64,000 nt of DNA, taken from an uncultured delta proteobacterium (lineage in GTDB: Bacteria; Myxococcota; Myxococcia; Myxococcales; Myxococcaceae). This document shows, one piece after another, positions 1-9,834 of this stretch. Where the stretch lies: positions 215,108 through 279,107 of the forward strand of contig CAVZMH010000013.1 in assembly GCA_963776345.1 (NCBI GenBank). Direction: 5' to 3'. Under the pieces are notes generated by a model. That model had not been told where the DNA came from and made no database searches. It saw only the letters and a list, made by a program, of their open reading frames with translations. Position numbers and translations under genes: made by a program. Every line of letters starts with the position of its first letter. Within the stretch, counting starts at the first letter, position 1.

Positions 1-41
1 GTCCAGGGGACGAGGTGGACCCGGATGCTGCGGAGGGGGGC

Positions 42-856
42 TCACCAGCGTGACCTCGCGAAGCGGACCCCGTGGCGGAAGTCGGCGACGGACCGGGCCT
101 TCGGGGAAACGGGGGAGATTGGCGGATGCTCGAGCCTCTCGCCGGACAGCTCACGGTAGAGACGCTCGTGGCTGCGGGCGAACGCGCCCGCCCCCCACTT
201 GCGGCCCAGATACGCCGCGCTGCGGAGCACTTGAAGTCGCCGGCCACGGGTGAGCGGCCGGTACTCGACCCAGTGCAGGACCCGCGCCCCGGCCGCGGTG
301 CGGCTCTGGAGCCCTGCGGCGCGGACGCGCCAGGACAGGTCCACGTCCTCGCCGTACATGAAGAGCGCCTCGTCGAACCCTCCGGTCGCCTCGAACGCCG
401 CGCGGGTGACGAGGAGCGCGGTGCCGGTGCACCAGGGCGTCTCCCCCGTCCCGGAGTGGTAGGGCTTGGGGTGCTCCTCGGGGAAGGTCCGCGCGTCGAC
501 GCAGACCCGTCCCGGGGAGCGCGGCGGTGGACCAGAGCGCGGCCAGGCACGCGGGATGCGAGCACCGCGTCCGGGTTCAGGCAGAGGTAGGCGCCGGCCC
601 CGCCTTCGAAGGCGGCCTTCATCCCCGCGTTGTGGGCCGCCCCGAATCCGCGGTTCTCGCCGGTCCAGCGGTACGTGGCATCGGGGAGGAGCGCGCGCGC
701 GTCGAGCCCGAGCCCGTCGTCGGCAGAGTTGTCGAGGAGCTGAACCTCGAGGCGGAGGTCCGGCTCCAGCACCGACGCCCGGATCGAGCCGGCGAGATGG
801 CGAAGCTCGTCCGGCGCGTTCCCGTACAGGACGATGCCCAGACGGAGGAGGGGCAC
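42..856 (-). CDS. Glycosyltransferase family 2 (rhamnosyltransferase-like), frameshifted in this sequence
   Basis: Manual translation from GTG at 856 gives VPLLRLGIVLYGN...LLDNS...ENRGFG-AHNAGM...LCLNPDAVL. The C-terminus is in ORF 42..1292 (EHPKPY...TGETPW...GGFDEALFMYGEDVDLSWR). Similar to the GT2 at 9835..10749. Frame breaks fall near 560-650. Confidence 0.8.
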
Positions 857-900
857 GGCTCAGCGCCGCTCCGGCGCGGGCGGCAGGCCAGGGCCGCGCA

Positions 901-1452
901 TCACCCGGGGTACGACGGCAGCACCGGGGCGTGGCGAGCGGAGGGGCCTCTCGGTCCTTCGCCGAGAGGAGCGGTTCGGGGACGGGCCAGCGGATGCCGA
1001 TGGCCGGGTCGTTCCAGGCGATGGTCCGGTCGAGCTCCGGCGCGTAGACCTCGGTGCACTTGTAGAAGAAGTCGGCGGACTCGCTCAGCACGCAGAAGCC
1101 GTGCGCGAAGCCGGCGGGAATCCAGAGCTGGCGCGGCTGCTCGCCGGACAGCTCGACGCCCACCCACTTCCCGAAGCGGGGCGACCCACGCCGGATGTCG
1201 ACCGCGACGTCGAAGACCGCTCCCGCGAAGCACCTGCACCAGCTTCCCCTGCGCACGCGGCTCCTGGAAGTGCAGGCCCCGCAGGGTGCCACGAACCGAT
1301 CGCGAGTGGTTGTCCTGCACGAACGGACCGGGGATGCCGGCCTCGGCGTAGCGCCGGGCCTGGTAGCTCTCGTAGAAGTGTCCGCGCGCGTCGCCGAAGA
1401 TCCTGGGCTCGATCAGCAGGATCTCCGGGAGCTCGGTGGGGGTGACCTTCAT
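901..1452 (-). CDS. rmlC: dTDP-4-dehydrorhamnose 3,5-epimerase (internal frameshifts)
   Basis: [24 protein letters not shown]...QDNHSRS...LRGLHFQ in one frame and [19 protein letters not shown]...[11 protein letters not shown]...YKCT in another. Confidence 0.93.
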   Translation of the reverse strand: MKVTPTELPEILLIEPRIFGDARGHFYESYQARRYAEAGIPGPFVQDNHSRSVRGTLRGLHFQEPRAQGKLVQVLRGSGLRRRGRHPAWVAPLREVGGRRAVRRAAAPALDSRRLRARLLRAERVRRLLLQVHRGLRAGARPDHRLERPGHRHPLARPRTAPLGEGPRGPSARHAPVLPSYPG

Positions 1453-2336
1453 CCGATCGCTCCCCGGTTCTCGAGCAGGTCGAGGAGGTAGCGACCGTAG
1501 TCGTTCTTGCGCATCGGCTCGGCGAGCGCCCGGAGCTGCCGCCTCGCCGATGTAGCCCATCCGGAAGGCGATCTCCTCCGGGCAGGAGATCTTCAGGCCC
1601 TGGCGCCGCTCGACGATCTCGATGAAGGTCGAGGCGTTCTGGAGCGATTCGTGGGTCCCGGTGTCGAGCCAGGCGAAGCCCCGCCCCAGGACCTCGACGT
1701 GGAGCGTCCCGGCCTCGAGGTAGGCCCGGTTGACGTCGGTGATCTCCAGCTCGCCCCGGGCGGAGGGCCGCAGACCTCGCGGCGATGTCCAGGACGCGGT
1801 TGTCGTAGAAGTAGAGGCCGGTCACCGCGTAGTTCGAGCGCGGGCGAGCCGGCTTCTCCTCGATGGAGACGGCCCGGTTCTCCGGGCCCAGCTCCACCAC
1901 CCCGTACCGCTCGGGATCGCGCACGTAGTACGCGAAGACGGTGGCGCCCGCGGTCCGCGGCCGCGGCCGGCGCGCAGGTGCTCGGGCAGACCGTGGCCGT
2001 GGAAGATGTTGTCCCCGAGGACCAGCGCCACGCGGTCCTGGTCCGACGAAGTCGCGGCCGATGAGGAACGCCTGGGCCAGACCCTCGGGGCGGGGCTGGG
2101 CGGCGTACTCGAATCGTAGCCCCCACTGCTCGCCGGTGCCGAGGAGCTCGCGGAACCGCGGCAGATCCTGCGGGGTGGAGATGATCAGGATGTCCCGGAT
2201 CCCCGCGAGCATCAGCGTGCTCAGCGGGTAGTAGACCATCGGCTTGTCGTAGATCGGGAGCAGCTGCTTGCTGACTGACGCGGGTCAGCGGGTACAGGCG
2301 CGTGCCGGAGCCGCCGGCCAGGACGATTCCCTTCAC
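1449..2336 (-). CDS. rmlA: Glucose-1-phosphate thymidylyltransferase (several frameshifts)
   Basis: [77 protein letters not shown] and the terminal [12 protein letters not shown] are spread over frames. Overlaps the rmlD stop and the rmlC start. Confidence 0.93.
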
Positions 2337-3226
2337 CTCCGGCCCTCCACCTCGGCCCGGAACTGCTCCAGGGACGCGCGTAGCGCGAGCGGCCGGGCAG
2401 CGAGGGTGGACAGGGCCTTGTCGACCCGGAGGCCGCTGCGGGGTGGACGCGGGCTGGCCATCCCCCCCTCGGCGAGCCGGATGGGGACCAGCAGTCGGCG
2501 GTCGAGCGCGAACACGTCGGCCAGAGCTTCCCCGAACTGCATCCGGTTGACCACGTCCGCGCCGGCCACGTTCCAGATGCCGGGGAGCCGCCGCGCGGCC
2601 AGCTCGGCCAGCTGCTCGGCCACGTTCAGCGCCAGGCTGGGCGAGACGAACTGGTCCACGAAGAGGCGCGCCGTCCTGCCCTCCCGGAGCGTCTCCAGGA
2701 GCCAGCTCCCGAAGTTGGGTCGCTGCGAGGGCGGGTAGCCGTAGACGACGGCCGTGCGGGCGATCGCCCAGCTGCCGGCGAGGAGCCGGACGGCCTCCTC
2801 CCCGAGCCACTTGGTGCGCGCGTAGACCCCGGAGGGGTTGGGGCGGGCCTCCTCGTCGTAGGGGCCGTCCTGGCCGTCGAAGACGTAGTCGGTCGAGACG
2901 GAGACCAGATGCGCGCCCATCGCCCGGGCGTGGCGTGCGACGTGGGCTGCGGCGAGCACGTTGGCAGCCCAGGCCGCGTCGGGGGCGCGTTCACACGCGT
3001 CGACCTCGGTCATCGACGCGGTGTGGACGATGACCTCGGGGCGCGCGGCAGTGAGCGCCCGCGCCGTGCCCTCGTGATCCGCCAGGTCGCAGCTCAGGTA
3101 CTCGAAGTCGCCGACGGTCCGGCGCTCTCCGCGCGCGATCGCGGTGACCACGTGTCCCTGGACCACGAGGAGCCGGCAGAGCCGGCTGCCCACGAGTCCG
3201 TTGGCTCCGGTGACGGTGATGCGCAT
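2333..3226 (-). CDS. rmlD: dTDP-4-dehydrorhamnose reductase
   Basis: TGANGLVG Rossmann motif, STDYVFDG, YARTK; lies in the rml operon. Confidence 0.92.
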   Translation of the reverse strand: MRITVTGANGLVGSRLCRLLVVQGHVVTAIARGERRTVGDFEYLSCDLADHEGTARALTAARPEVIVHTASMTEVDACERAPDAAWAANVLAAAHVARHARAMGAHLVSVSTDYVFDGQDGPYDEEARPNPSGVYARTKWLGEEAVRLLAGSWAIARTAVVYGYPPSQRPNFGSWLLETLREGRTARLFVDQFVSPSLALNVAEQLAELAARRLPGIWNVAGADVVNRMQFGEALADVFALDRRLLVPIRLAEGGMASPRPPRSGLRVDKALSTLAARPLALRASLEQFRAEVEGRR

Positions 3227-3236
3227 GTTCGACAGG

Positions 3237-4256
3237 CTAGCTCCCGAGCCGGCCCCGGTACTGCGTCTCGTAGTACTGCCGGTAAGCGCCGCTCTTCACG
3301 TGCTTCCACCAGTCGGGGTGGTCGACGTACCAGCGCACTGTGGGCTCGAGCCCCTGCTGGAAGGTGCGCTGAGGCGTCCAGCCGAGCTGGGTGCGGATCT
3401 TGGTCGGGTCGATGGCGTAGCGCCGGTCGTGCCCGGGACGATCCTGCACGAAGCGGATGAGACTCTCGGGCTTCCTGAGCGTCGCGAGGAGCATCTTCAC
3501 CAGATCGATGTTGCGCTGCTCGGCACCCCCTCCGATGTTGTAGACCTCGCCTGCCCTCCCCCGCTCGAGCACCGCGAGCAGCGCCCGGCAGTGGTCCTCG
3601 ACGTGGAGCCAGTCACGGACGTTGCCCCCGTCGCCGTAGACGGGAAGCGGCTCATCGTGGAGGGCGTTGACCACCATCAGGGGAATCAGCTTCTCTGGGA
3701 ACTGGTACGGCCCGTAGTTGTTCGAGCAGCGGGTGACGACGACGTCGAGCCCGAAGGTGTGGTGGAAGGCGAGTGCCAGGAGGTCGGCGGCGGCCTTGGA
3801 GGCGGAGTACGGGCTCGATGGCTGCAGCGGCGAGGTCTCGGTGAAGGCGCCGGTCGGCCCGAGCGAGCCGTAGACCTCGTCGGTGGAGACCATCACGAAA
3901 CGCTGGACCCCCCGGCGGTGGCAGGCCTCGAGCAGCACCTGGGTGCCGAGCACGTTGGTCCGGACGAAGAGCTCGGGGCCGAGGATCGAGCGGTCCACGT
4001 GGCTCTCGGCCGCCAGGTGGAGCACGGCGTCGATCCGGTGCTGCCCCAGCAGGTACTCGACGAGCTCGCGGTTGCCGATGTCGCCCCGGACGAAGACGTG
4101 CCCCGGGTCACCCTCGAGCTCGCTCAGGTTCTCGAGGTTCCCGGCGTAGGTGAGCAGATCGAGGTTGACCACCGTCCAGCCCGGCCGCTCGCCACGCAGA
4201 TGGCGGACCAGGTTGGAGCCGATGAACCCGCAGCCGCCGGTCACCAGGACGTTCAT
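3237..4256 (-). CDS. rmlB: dTDP-glucose 4,6-dehydratase
   Basis: TGGCGFIGSN, HLAAESHVDRSI, STDEVYG, YSASK, DRPGHDRRYAID. Confidence 0.97.
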   Translation of the reverse strand: MNVLVTGGCGFIGSNLVRHLRGERPGWTVVNLDLLTYAGNLENLSELEGDPGHVFVRGDIGNRELVEYLLGQHRIDAVLHLAAESHVDRSILGPELFVRTNVLGTQVLLEACHRRGVQRFVMVSTDEVYGSLGPTGAFTETSPLQPSSPYSASKAAADLLALAFHHTFGLDVVVTRCSNNYGPYQFPEKLIPLMVVNALHDEPLPVYGDGGNVRDWLHVEDHCRALLAVLERGRAGEVYNIGGGAEQRNIDLVKMLLATLRKPESLIRFVQDRPGHDRRYAIDPTKIRTQLGWTPQRTFQQGLEPTVRWYVDHPDWWKHVKSGAYRQYYETQYRGRLGS

Positions 4257-4489
4257 GAGGATCGGACTTTCGTTTCATGCGTTCCTGGCCGAGTCAAGAC
4301 ATCCGCCCCGCTCGCGGGCTCCGTCGTTGCGCCGGCCGACCTCTCCACCTGTGCGCAGCTCTCTGGTAGAGAGCCCAATCGTCCGGGGCCCGTCCTCGTC
4401 CACAGAGGTGGCCGGCCGGTCGCCGCCTGGGGGACTCCCGGAACCACTCGAGGCTGATCCTGATCGATCCGAATACCGCCCCGCGCGCC

Positions 4490-6022
4490 GTGACCCCGAG
4501 ATCGGGTCGTCTCCTCTCGTGGTCGAGCGAGGGCGCGGGCTGGATCCTTCGCCGGCTGCCCGCGGTCTCCGCGACGGTGCTGCTCGGCACGGCGACGGCC
4601 AAGGCGCTGCTCGACTTCGACATCTCCTGGGACTCGATCGCCTACCATCTGCCCTTCGCCGCGCTGAAGAGCGGGCTGGTCGACCCGGCGCGGTACGAGC
4701 TCACCGGGATGCTCCGCTTCTACTACGACGGGTTTCCTGCGCTCCCGTCGTACCTCAAGGGCGCGCTGTGGTCGTTGCTGGGCCGGCCAGAGGGGGCAAA
4801 TCTGTTGTCCCTCCTGAGCTTCGTCTGCTTGCCGCTCTACGTCTGGCGCGTGTGGCGGATCCCATTCGCCTGGGCGGTGATTGCGCTCCTGGCCATCCCC
4901 ACGGTCCAGGTCAGCGTGGCCTGCAACCAGATCGATCTGCCGGCCAACGTCTTCATGGCCATCTTCGTGCTCTCGCTCTGCGATGCGGCAGCGCGTCCGC
5001 TCGAGTTCGGCGCGAGGAAGGCGGTGGTGGCGATCCTCGCCGCCGGACTCGCCGCGAACTCCAAGCCGCAGATGGTGGTCCACGTGGGCGTCTGGATGGT
5101 CGTCGCGCTCGGCCTCGCCGCGGCGGGACTCCGGAGACGGGTGCGCGCCCCGGTGCTCGAGTCGGCACGGGCACGTCCGGCCCTGGCGGGGCTCCTGCTC
5201 GCGCTGGCGGTCCCGCTGGTGTTCGCGGCCCCCCTGGCGAACTGGATTCACCGCGGCAATCCCTTCTACCCGATCGGTCTGCGCGTCGCGGGCCACACCG
5301 TCTTTCAGGGCCCGCTCCCTCCGAGCGGGCTCTGGCCCGAGCCTCTCTACTCGGCGCGCTATCCCCAGCCGCTCCGCTGGCTGCTCTCGGTGCTCGAGTT
5401 CCGGGCGTTCGACTACCGCTACCTCCCATACACGCTGGGGAACGGGAACGTGCCGGCGGATGCGATGAGCATGCGGGTGGGCGGCTACATGGGCCTGCTG
5501 GTCCTCGTCACCCTTGGGTTGTTCGTCCTCTCCCTCCGGTCGCGACGTGATCGCCTCACCACCACCTTCGCCGTGATGCTCGGGTTGACCGGCCTGCTCT
5601 CCGCTTTCACCCCGGGCTCTCACGAGCTCCGGTACGCGGCCTACTGGATGATGGCCCTGGTGTTGACGACGTTCGTCCTGCTCGCCGCGGAGAAGAGCCA
5701 GCTCACGGTCTACAAGCTGTTCATCGCGTCGACGCTGGTCTACGTGATCTCCATCACCGGGGCCCAGCACTTGCTCCCGACCGGAAAGGACTTCGCCTAC
5801 TACCAGCGGACCCTGGGCGTGGCCCCGTCACTGGAGCGCACGGTGCACGCCGGCGAGACCCTCTGTCTGCGGAGCAACCCGCAGAGCGCGTTCCTCTACG
5901 CACCCGAGTTCCATCCGCAGATCGCCGCCCGCCACCCCTACCGGGTGCGGGTGGAGGGCTTCACTCCGGGGAGCCCGGGCAACCTCTCCACCGGCAGCGG
6001 CGTCTGTACCTGGGTGGAGTGA
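4490..6022 (+). CDS. Polytopic membrane protein, GT-C-like (putative lipid-linked sugar transferase)
   Basis: About 10 hydrophobic segments, N-terminal loop WDSIAYHLP, and GNPFYP. Directly upstream of a DPM-synthase-like GT2. Function is inferred. Confidence 0.6.
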   Translation: MTPRSGRLLSWSSEGAGWILRRLPAVSATVLLGTATAKALLDFDISWDSIAYHLPFAALKSGLVDPARYELTGMLRFYYDGFPALPSYLKGALWSLLGRPEGANLLSLLSFVCLPLYVWRVWRIPFAWAVIALLAIPTVQVSVACNQIDLPANVFMAIFVLSLCDAAARPLEFGARKAVVAILAAGLAANSKPQMVVHVGVWMVVALGLAAAGLRRRVRAPVLESARARPALAGLLLALAVPLVFAAPLANWIHRGNPFYPIGLRVAGHTVFQGPLPPSGLWPEPLYSARYPQPLRWLLSVLEFRAFDYRYLPYTLGNGNVPADAMSMRVGGYMGLLVLVTLGLFVLSLRSRRDRLTTTFAVMLGLTGLLSAFTPGSHELRYAAYWMMALVLTTFVLLAAEKSQLTVYKLFIASTLVYVISITGAQHLLPTGKDFAYYQRTLGVAPSLERTVHAGETLCLRSNPQSAFLYAPEFHPQIAARHPYRVRVEGFTPGSPGNLSTGSGVCTWVE

Positions 6023-6043
6023 CCTTCTGGAGAGGGATCAACC

Positions 6044-7300
6044 GTGAGCTCACCTGGGCCAGTCCGGAGCGAACCAAAGAACTCGAAGGAGGGCGCGCGC
6101 CTCAACCTCCTCATCACCATCCCCGCCCTGAACGAGGAGGACAGCATCGCCTCGATCATCGAGCGCACGCTCGCCGCGCGGAGGAACATCGTCGAGCGGT
6201 CGCCGGTGACCGCCGTCGAGGTGGTGGTGGTGAGCGACGGCTCGACGGACCGGACGGTGGAGATCGCCCGCCGCTACGAGCCCGAGATCCGGCTGATCGT
6301 CTTCGAGAAGAACCGGGGCTACGGGGCGGCAATCAAGAGCGGCTGGCAGAGCTCCGACGCGGAGCTGCTGAGCTTCCTCGACGCCGACGGAACCTGCGAT
6401 CCCAACTTCTTCGTCAACCTCTGCAACCTCATCGAGTCCATGGACGCGGACGTGGTCCTCGGATGCCGTATGACTCGGCAGAGCAGGATGCCCCTGCTCC
6501 GGCGGGTGGGGAACTTCATCTTCGCCGTCCTGCTCAGCTTCTTCTCGTCCTCGAAGGTTCGTGACACCGCGAGCGGGATGCGGGTGGTGCGCCGCTCCAG
6601 CCTCCCCAAGCTGTTCCCGCTCCCGGACGGGATGCACTTCACCCCGGCGATGAGCGCCCGGGCGATCCTCTCGCCGCAGCTGCGCATCTTCGAGGAGGAG
6701 ATGCCGTACCACGAGCGCGCGGGCGAATCGAAGCTCCGGGTGGTGCGTGACGGTCTGCGCTTCCTGCGGGTGATCGTCGAGGCGGCGTTCCTCTACCGGC
6801 CGTCGCGCCCGCTGGGCTTCGTGGGCGCACTTTTCGTGATCGTCGCGGCGCTGCTCCTGGTCTCGCCGGCTGCGTACTACCTCCGCCACCACCGGCTCTT
6901 CGAGTGGATGATCTACCGCTTCGTGGTGGCGGAACTCCTGACGCACAGCGGGGTGCTCCTCCTCTGCGCGAGCTATCTGGTCCACCGCATCGTGGAGATG
7001 GTGCTCCAGCTCGGCGACGATGCGTCGGGGTTTCACCGGGCGATCCGCTGGCTCATCCGCGGCTGGTTCCTCTGGGTCACCGTGGTGGCGCTCCTGGTGC
7101 TCGGAGGGGTCCTCGTCGCACCGAGCTTCCTCGAGCTGGTCCGGACCGGGGCCACCTACGAGCACTGGTCCCGCTTCATCGCCATGGGCGTCTCGGTCGG
7201 CGTGGCGCTGATCCTGGTGGTGACCCGGGTGATGGACTTCTCGCTCGACCTGCTCCAGGAACGGCTCGCCTACCTGCGCTCCTCGTCGCCCCACGGGTGA
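6044..7300 (+). CDS. GT2, polyprenyl-phosphate glycosyltransferase (DPM1-like) with C-terminal TM helices
   Basis: IPALNEE, VSDGSTDRT, NRGYGAAIK, FLDADGT, DTASGMR, RAGESKL, then a hydrophobic C-terminus. Confidence 0.88.
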   Translation: MSSPGPVRSEPKNSKEGARLNLLITIPALNEEDSIASIIERTLAARRNIVERSPVTAVEVVVVSDGSTDRTVEIARRYEPEIRLIVFEKNRGYGAAIKSGWQSSDAELLSFLDADGTCDPNFFVNLCNLIESMDADVVLGCRMTRQSRMPLLRRVGNFIFAVLLSFFSSSKVRDTASGMRVVRRSSLPKLFPLPDGMHFTPAMSARAILSPQLRIFEEEMPYHERAGESKLRVVRDGLRFLRVIVEAAFLYRPSRPLGFVGALFVIVAALLLVSPAAYYLRHHRLFEWMIYRFVVAELLTHSGVLLLCASYLVHRIVEMVLQLGDDASGFHRAIRWLIRGWFLWVTVVALLVLGGVLVAPSFLELVRTGATYEHWSRFIAMGVSVGVALILVVTRVMDFSLDLLQERLAYLRSSSPHG

Positions 7301-7984
7301 CTAGGCGAGGCGGGGCGTGCCCACGTACATCAGCTTCCCCCAGGCCACGCGCTGCCGCTCGGAGGTGAAGCGCGAGGCGAGCAACGCCAGGATCGGCCCC
7401 GCGGCTCCGAGCCATCGCTCGTACGTGGTCCGCTCATAGTGGGTCATCGTCGCGAAGGCGTCCATCTTGTTGGAGAGCTTCCGCACCACCGGCTTCTCGC
7501 TCACCCAGTGGACCAGGTCGAGAAAGGGAGTCCGCCAGGGCTCCACCGCGACGAAGCGTCCACCGGGCCGGAGCACCCGGGCGACCTCGGTCAGGGTCTG
7601 CTCCAGGTCCGGGAGCCCCTCGAGGTGGTGGAGCCCGCCCTGGACGATCAGGATGTCCCGCGACCGGTCCTCGAACGGAAGACGCCGGCAGTCGGCCGCG
7701 TAGGTCACGGCGCGCCCCCGGTACTGGGCGAGCAACGCCGGAGAGAGGTCGACACCCTCCAGGCGGCCGAACCCCAGCGCCTCGAGGGCATGGATGCCGT
7801 TCCCCCGGCCACAGAAGATCTCGACGATCTGCGAATCCTTCGGCCAGTCGTTGGCCCCGAGCCGGCGCAGCCGCCGGAGGAACTTCCGGCGCTCCTCCTC
7901 GGGCGTCTCGAAGCGAGCGTAGGCCTCCTCCCAGGGGCTGGGCTGGATGGCCTCGGAGCCGGTCTGTTGCGAGCTGTGGGTCAC
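7301..7984 (-). CDS. Class I SAM-dependent methyltransferase
   Basis: VEIFCGRG, GVDLS, LPFEDRS, GGLHH, RVLRPGG. Confidence 0.88.
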   Translation of the reverse strand: MTHSSQQTGSEAIQPSPWEEAYARFETPEEERRKFLRRLRRLGANDWPKDSQIVEIFCGRGNGIHALEALGFGRLEGVDLSPALLAQYRGRAVTYAADCRRLPFEDRSRDILIVQGGLHHLEGLPDLEQTLTEVARVLRPGGRFVAVEPWRTPFLDLVHWVSEKPVVRKLSNKMDAFATMTHYERTTYERWLGAAGPILALLASRFTSERQRVAWGKLMYVGTPRLA

Positions 7985-8007
7985 GGCACCTCCTACAGGA
8001 CGAACGC

Positions 8008-9831
8008 TCAGCGGCGGAAGCGCTGGCGGACCGCACGGAGCGGCGCGAGGAGTCGCCAGGACATGGAACCCTCGAGCTCGGCGACCAGGCGCTCCAGCTC
8101 CGGCCCGCTCATCTCCCAGAGCCTCGGGAACTCGCGCCGCGGCCGCCCGAGGAGCCGCTTGGCCAGCCGCAGCGGGCTGGTCAGGGCCCAGGACCGCGAG
8201 GTGAGGATGACGTGCGCCCGCTCTCGCAGCGCGTTGGCGTCCACGTCATGCTCGAAGCCGGTGGGCCGCTGCCCGCCGCTGATGAGGGCCCTGAGCCGGG
8301 AGACGCTGCCCTCCGGCAGGATGAAGTGGGTGGTGTCGAGCTTCCGCCAGATCTGATGGTGGTTGGCGCGCCACTCCTCGCTGTCGTGGACGGTGAAGGA
8401 GGACTCGCCGTTGGACCACTGCCGGTAGACCGCAGTGGTTGCCGGATCACTGGCCACGCCGCAGATGGCCACGGCACGCATGAGGAAGTCCCAGTCCTCG
8501 GTGGTGGTGAGGGTCTCGTCGAACCGGAAATTGAGTTCGGCGAACACCGAGCGAGGAAACGCCAGGGAAACCGGCGGGGTCCGGTTCTCGATCAGGTGCT
8601 CGAGGAGGTCGAACTTCGCGGGGTACCGCCGCACGAAACCGCTCACCGCACGGACCGACCGCCGGCCTTCACCCGTCTGGACTGGCTCGAACGTCTGAGC
8701 GACGCAACCCGTCCGGAGGACTTGCCCCGGATTCCGCTCGGCCAGCTTCTTGAACCCCTCGACCCAGTTGGCGAAGACGAAGTCATCGTCATCGAGGATG
8801 GCGACGTAGTCCCCCCGTGCATGGGCGAAGCCCACGTTGAGCGGTGTCGTCCTTCCCCCATGGTCCACCCGCACCAGTGAGATCCGAGAACGCATCCCCG
8901 CATGGACGTCCTCGATCACCCGTTCGACAGCGAGGATCCGCTCTGGATCGAGTCGATGCCCGACGACCACCACCTCGAAATCCTGATCGCTCTGAGCCGA
9001 CAGGCAGAGCAGCGCATCCCGGAGGGTCTCGAGGCGCCGCCCCTGGGTGCGAGTCACGACCGAGAGGAAGGGCACCTTTCCCTCGGGCTCGCGGTCGACC
9101 ACCCTGCCCCCCGAGGGCCCCGGCAGGTACACCCGAACGAACTGGTTGGTCCGGGCAGTACCGTCAACCGAGTCCCGGAGGGTTCGGAGAAGCGCGTGCA
9201 ACAGCGTGCCGCCGGCCAGGGCTGGATGCAGACGGGGGAAATGCTGATCGCTCTCCTCGAGGAGAACATCGAGCCGGTCGATCTCGTACCAACCCGACCT
9301 TCTGGTGGTCGAACGGAGCGCCTCCTCGGTGAACACCTGCAGGTGAGTTCGATCCAGCAATCCGGTGGGGGTCGAGTCCCACCGGCCGAAGGCGAGCTTG
9401 AAACCGACATCGCGGTGAGCGGCGTTGGGGACGGAGACCACCAGGGGGCATCGGTCCGGGCTGGCGAGCTGGTGGAGCTCCTCGAGGAGCTGCCCGGGCT
9501 CGGCGACGTGCTCGAGTGTGTCGAGCAGCGACAAGGACCGGAGCGGACGATCGCCCAGCAGCTCCCGTACCCGGGGACGAACCCTCGATGGATCGGAGAG
9601 GTCGAGCTTGACGGTCTCGAATCCCCGCTCCCGGAGCGACGCGAGCGCTTCATCGTCGATATCCGCTCCCACGTAGGTGAGACCGAGCTCGTCGCGAAGC
9701 ACCTCTGCGGAGCGCCCAAACCCGCACCCGAAGTCCAGGTGAACGCCGGTCCCGAGCCCGAGCCGTCCAAGCAAGGCCCGGAGATGGCCGTAGACGTTGT
9801 CGTGGAAGTAGGGATTGTCGTAGAGGCCCAT
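8008..9831 (-). CDS. Methyltransferase-GT2 fusion protein
   Basis: N-terminal LDFGCGFG, LDTLEH, SVPNAAH, GLLDRTH. C-terminal GT2: LSVVTRT, LNVG, ILDDDD, TEDWDF. Tail carries two SW-L--PLR motifs. Confidence 0.88.
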   Translation of the reverse strand: MGLYDNPYFHDNVYGHLRALLGRLGLGTGVHLDFGCGFGRSAEVLRDELGLTYVGADIDDEALASLRERGFETVKLDLSDPSRVRPRVRELLGDRPLRSLSLLDTLEHVAEPGQLLEELHQLASPDRCPLVVSVPNAAHRDVGFKLAFGRWDSTPTGLLDRTHLQVFTEEALRSTTRRSGWYEIDRLDVLLEESDQHFPRLHPALAGGTLLHALLRTLRDSVDGTARTNQFVRVYLPGPSGGRVVDREPEGKVPFLSVVTRTQGRRLETLRDALLCLSAQSDQDFEVVVVGHRLDPERILAVERVIEDVHAGMRSRISLVRVDHGGRTTPLNVGFAHARGDYVAILDDDDFVFANWVEGFKKLAERNPGQVLRTGCVAQTFEPVQTGEGRRSVRAVSGFVRRYPAKFDLLEHLIENRTPPVSLAFPRSVFAELNFRFDETLTTTEDWDFLMRAVAICGVASDPATTAVYRQWSNGESSFTVHDSEEWRANHHQIWRKLDTTHFILPEGSVSRLRALISGGQRPTGFEHDVDANALRERAHVILTSRSWALTSPLRLAKRLLGRPRREFPRLWEMSGPELERLVAELEGSMSWRLLAPLRAVRQRFRR

Positions 9832-9834
9832 GGT

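Noticed and set aside
42..1292. RmlC-GT2 fusion ORF
   Set aside because: Artefact of frameshifts; separate start and stop codons exist at 856 and 901.
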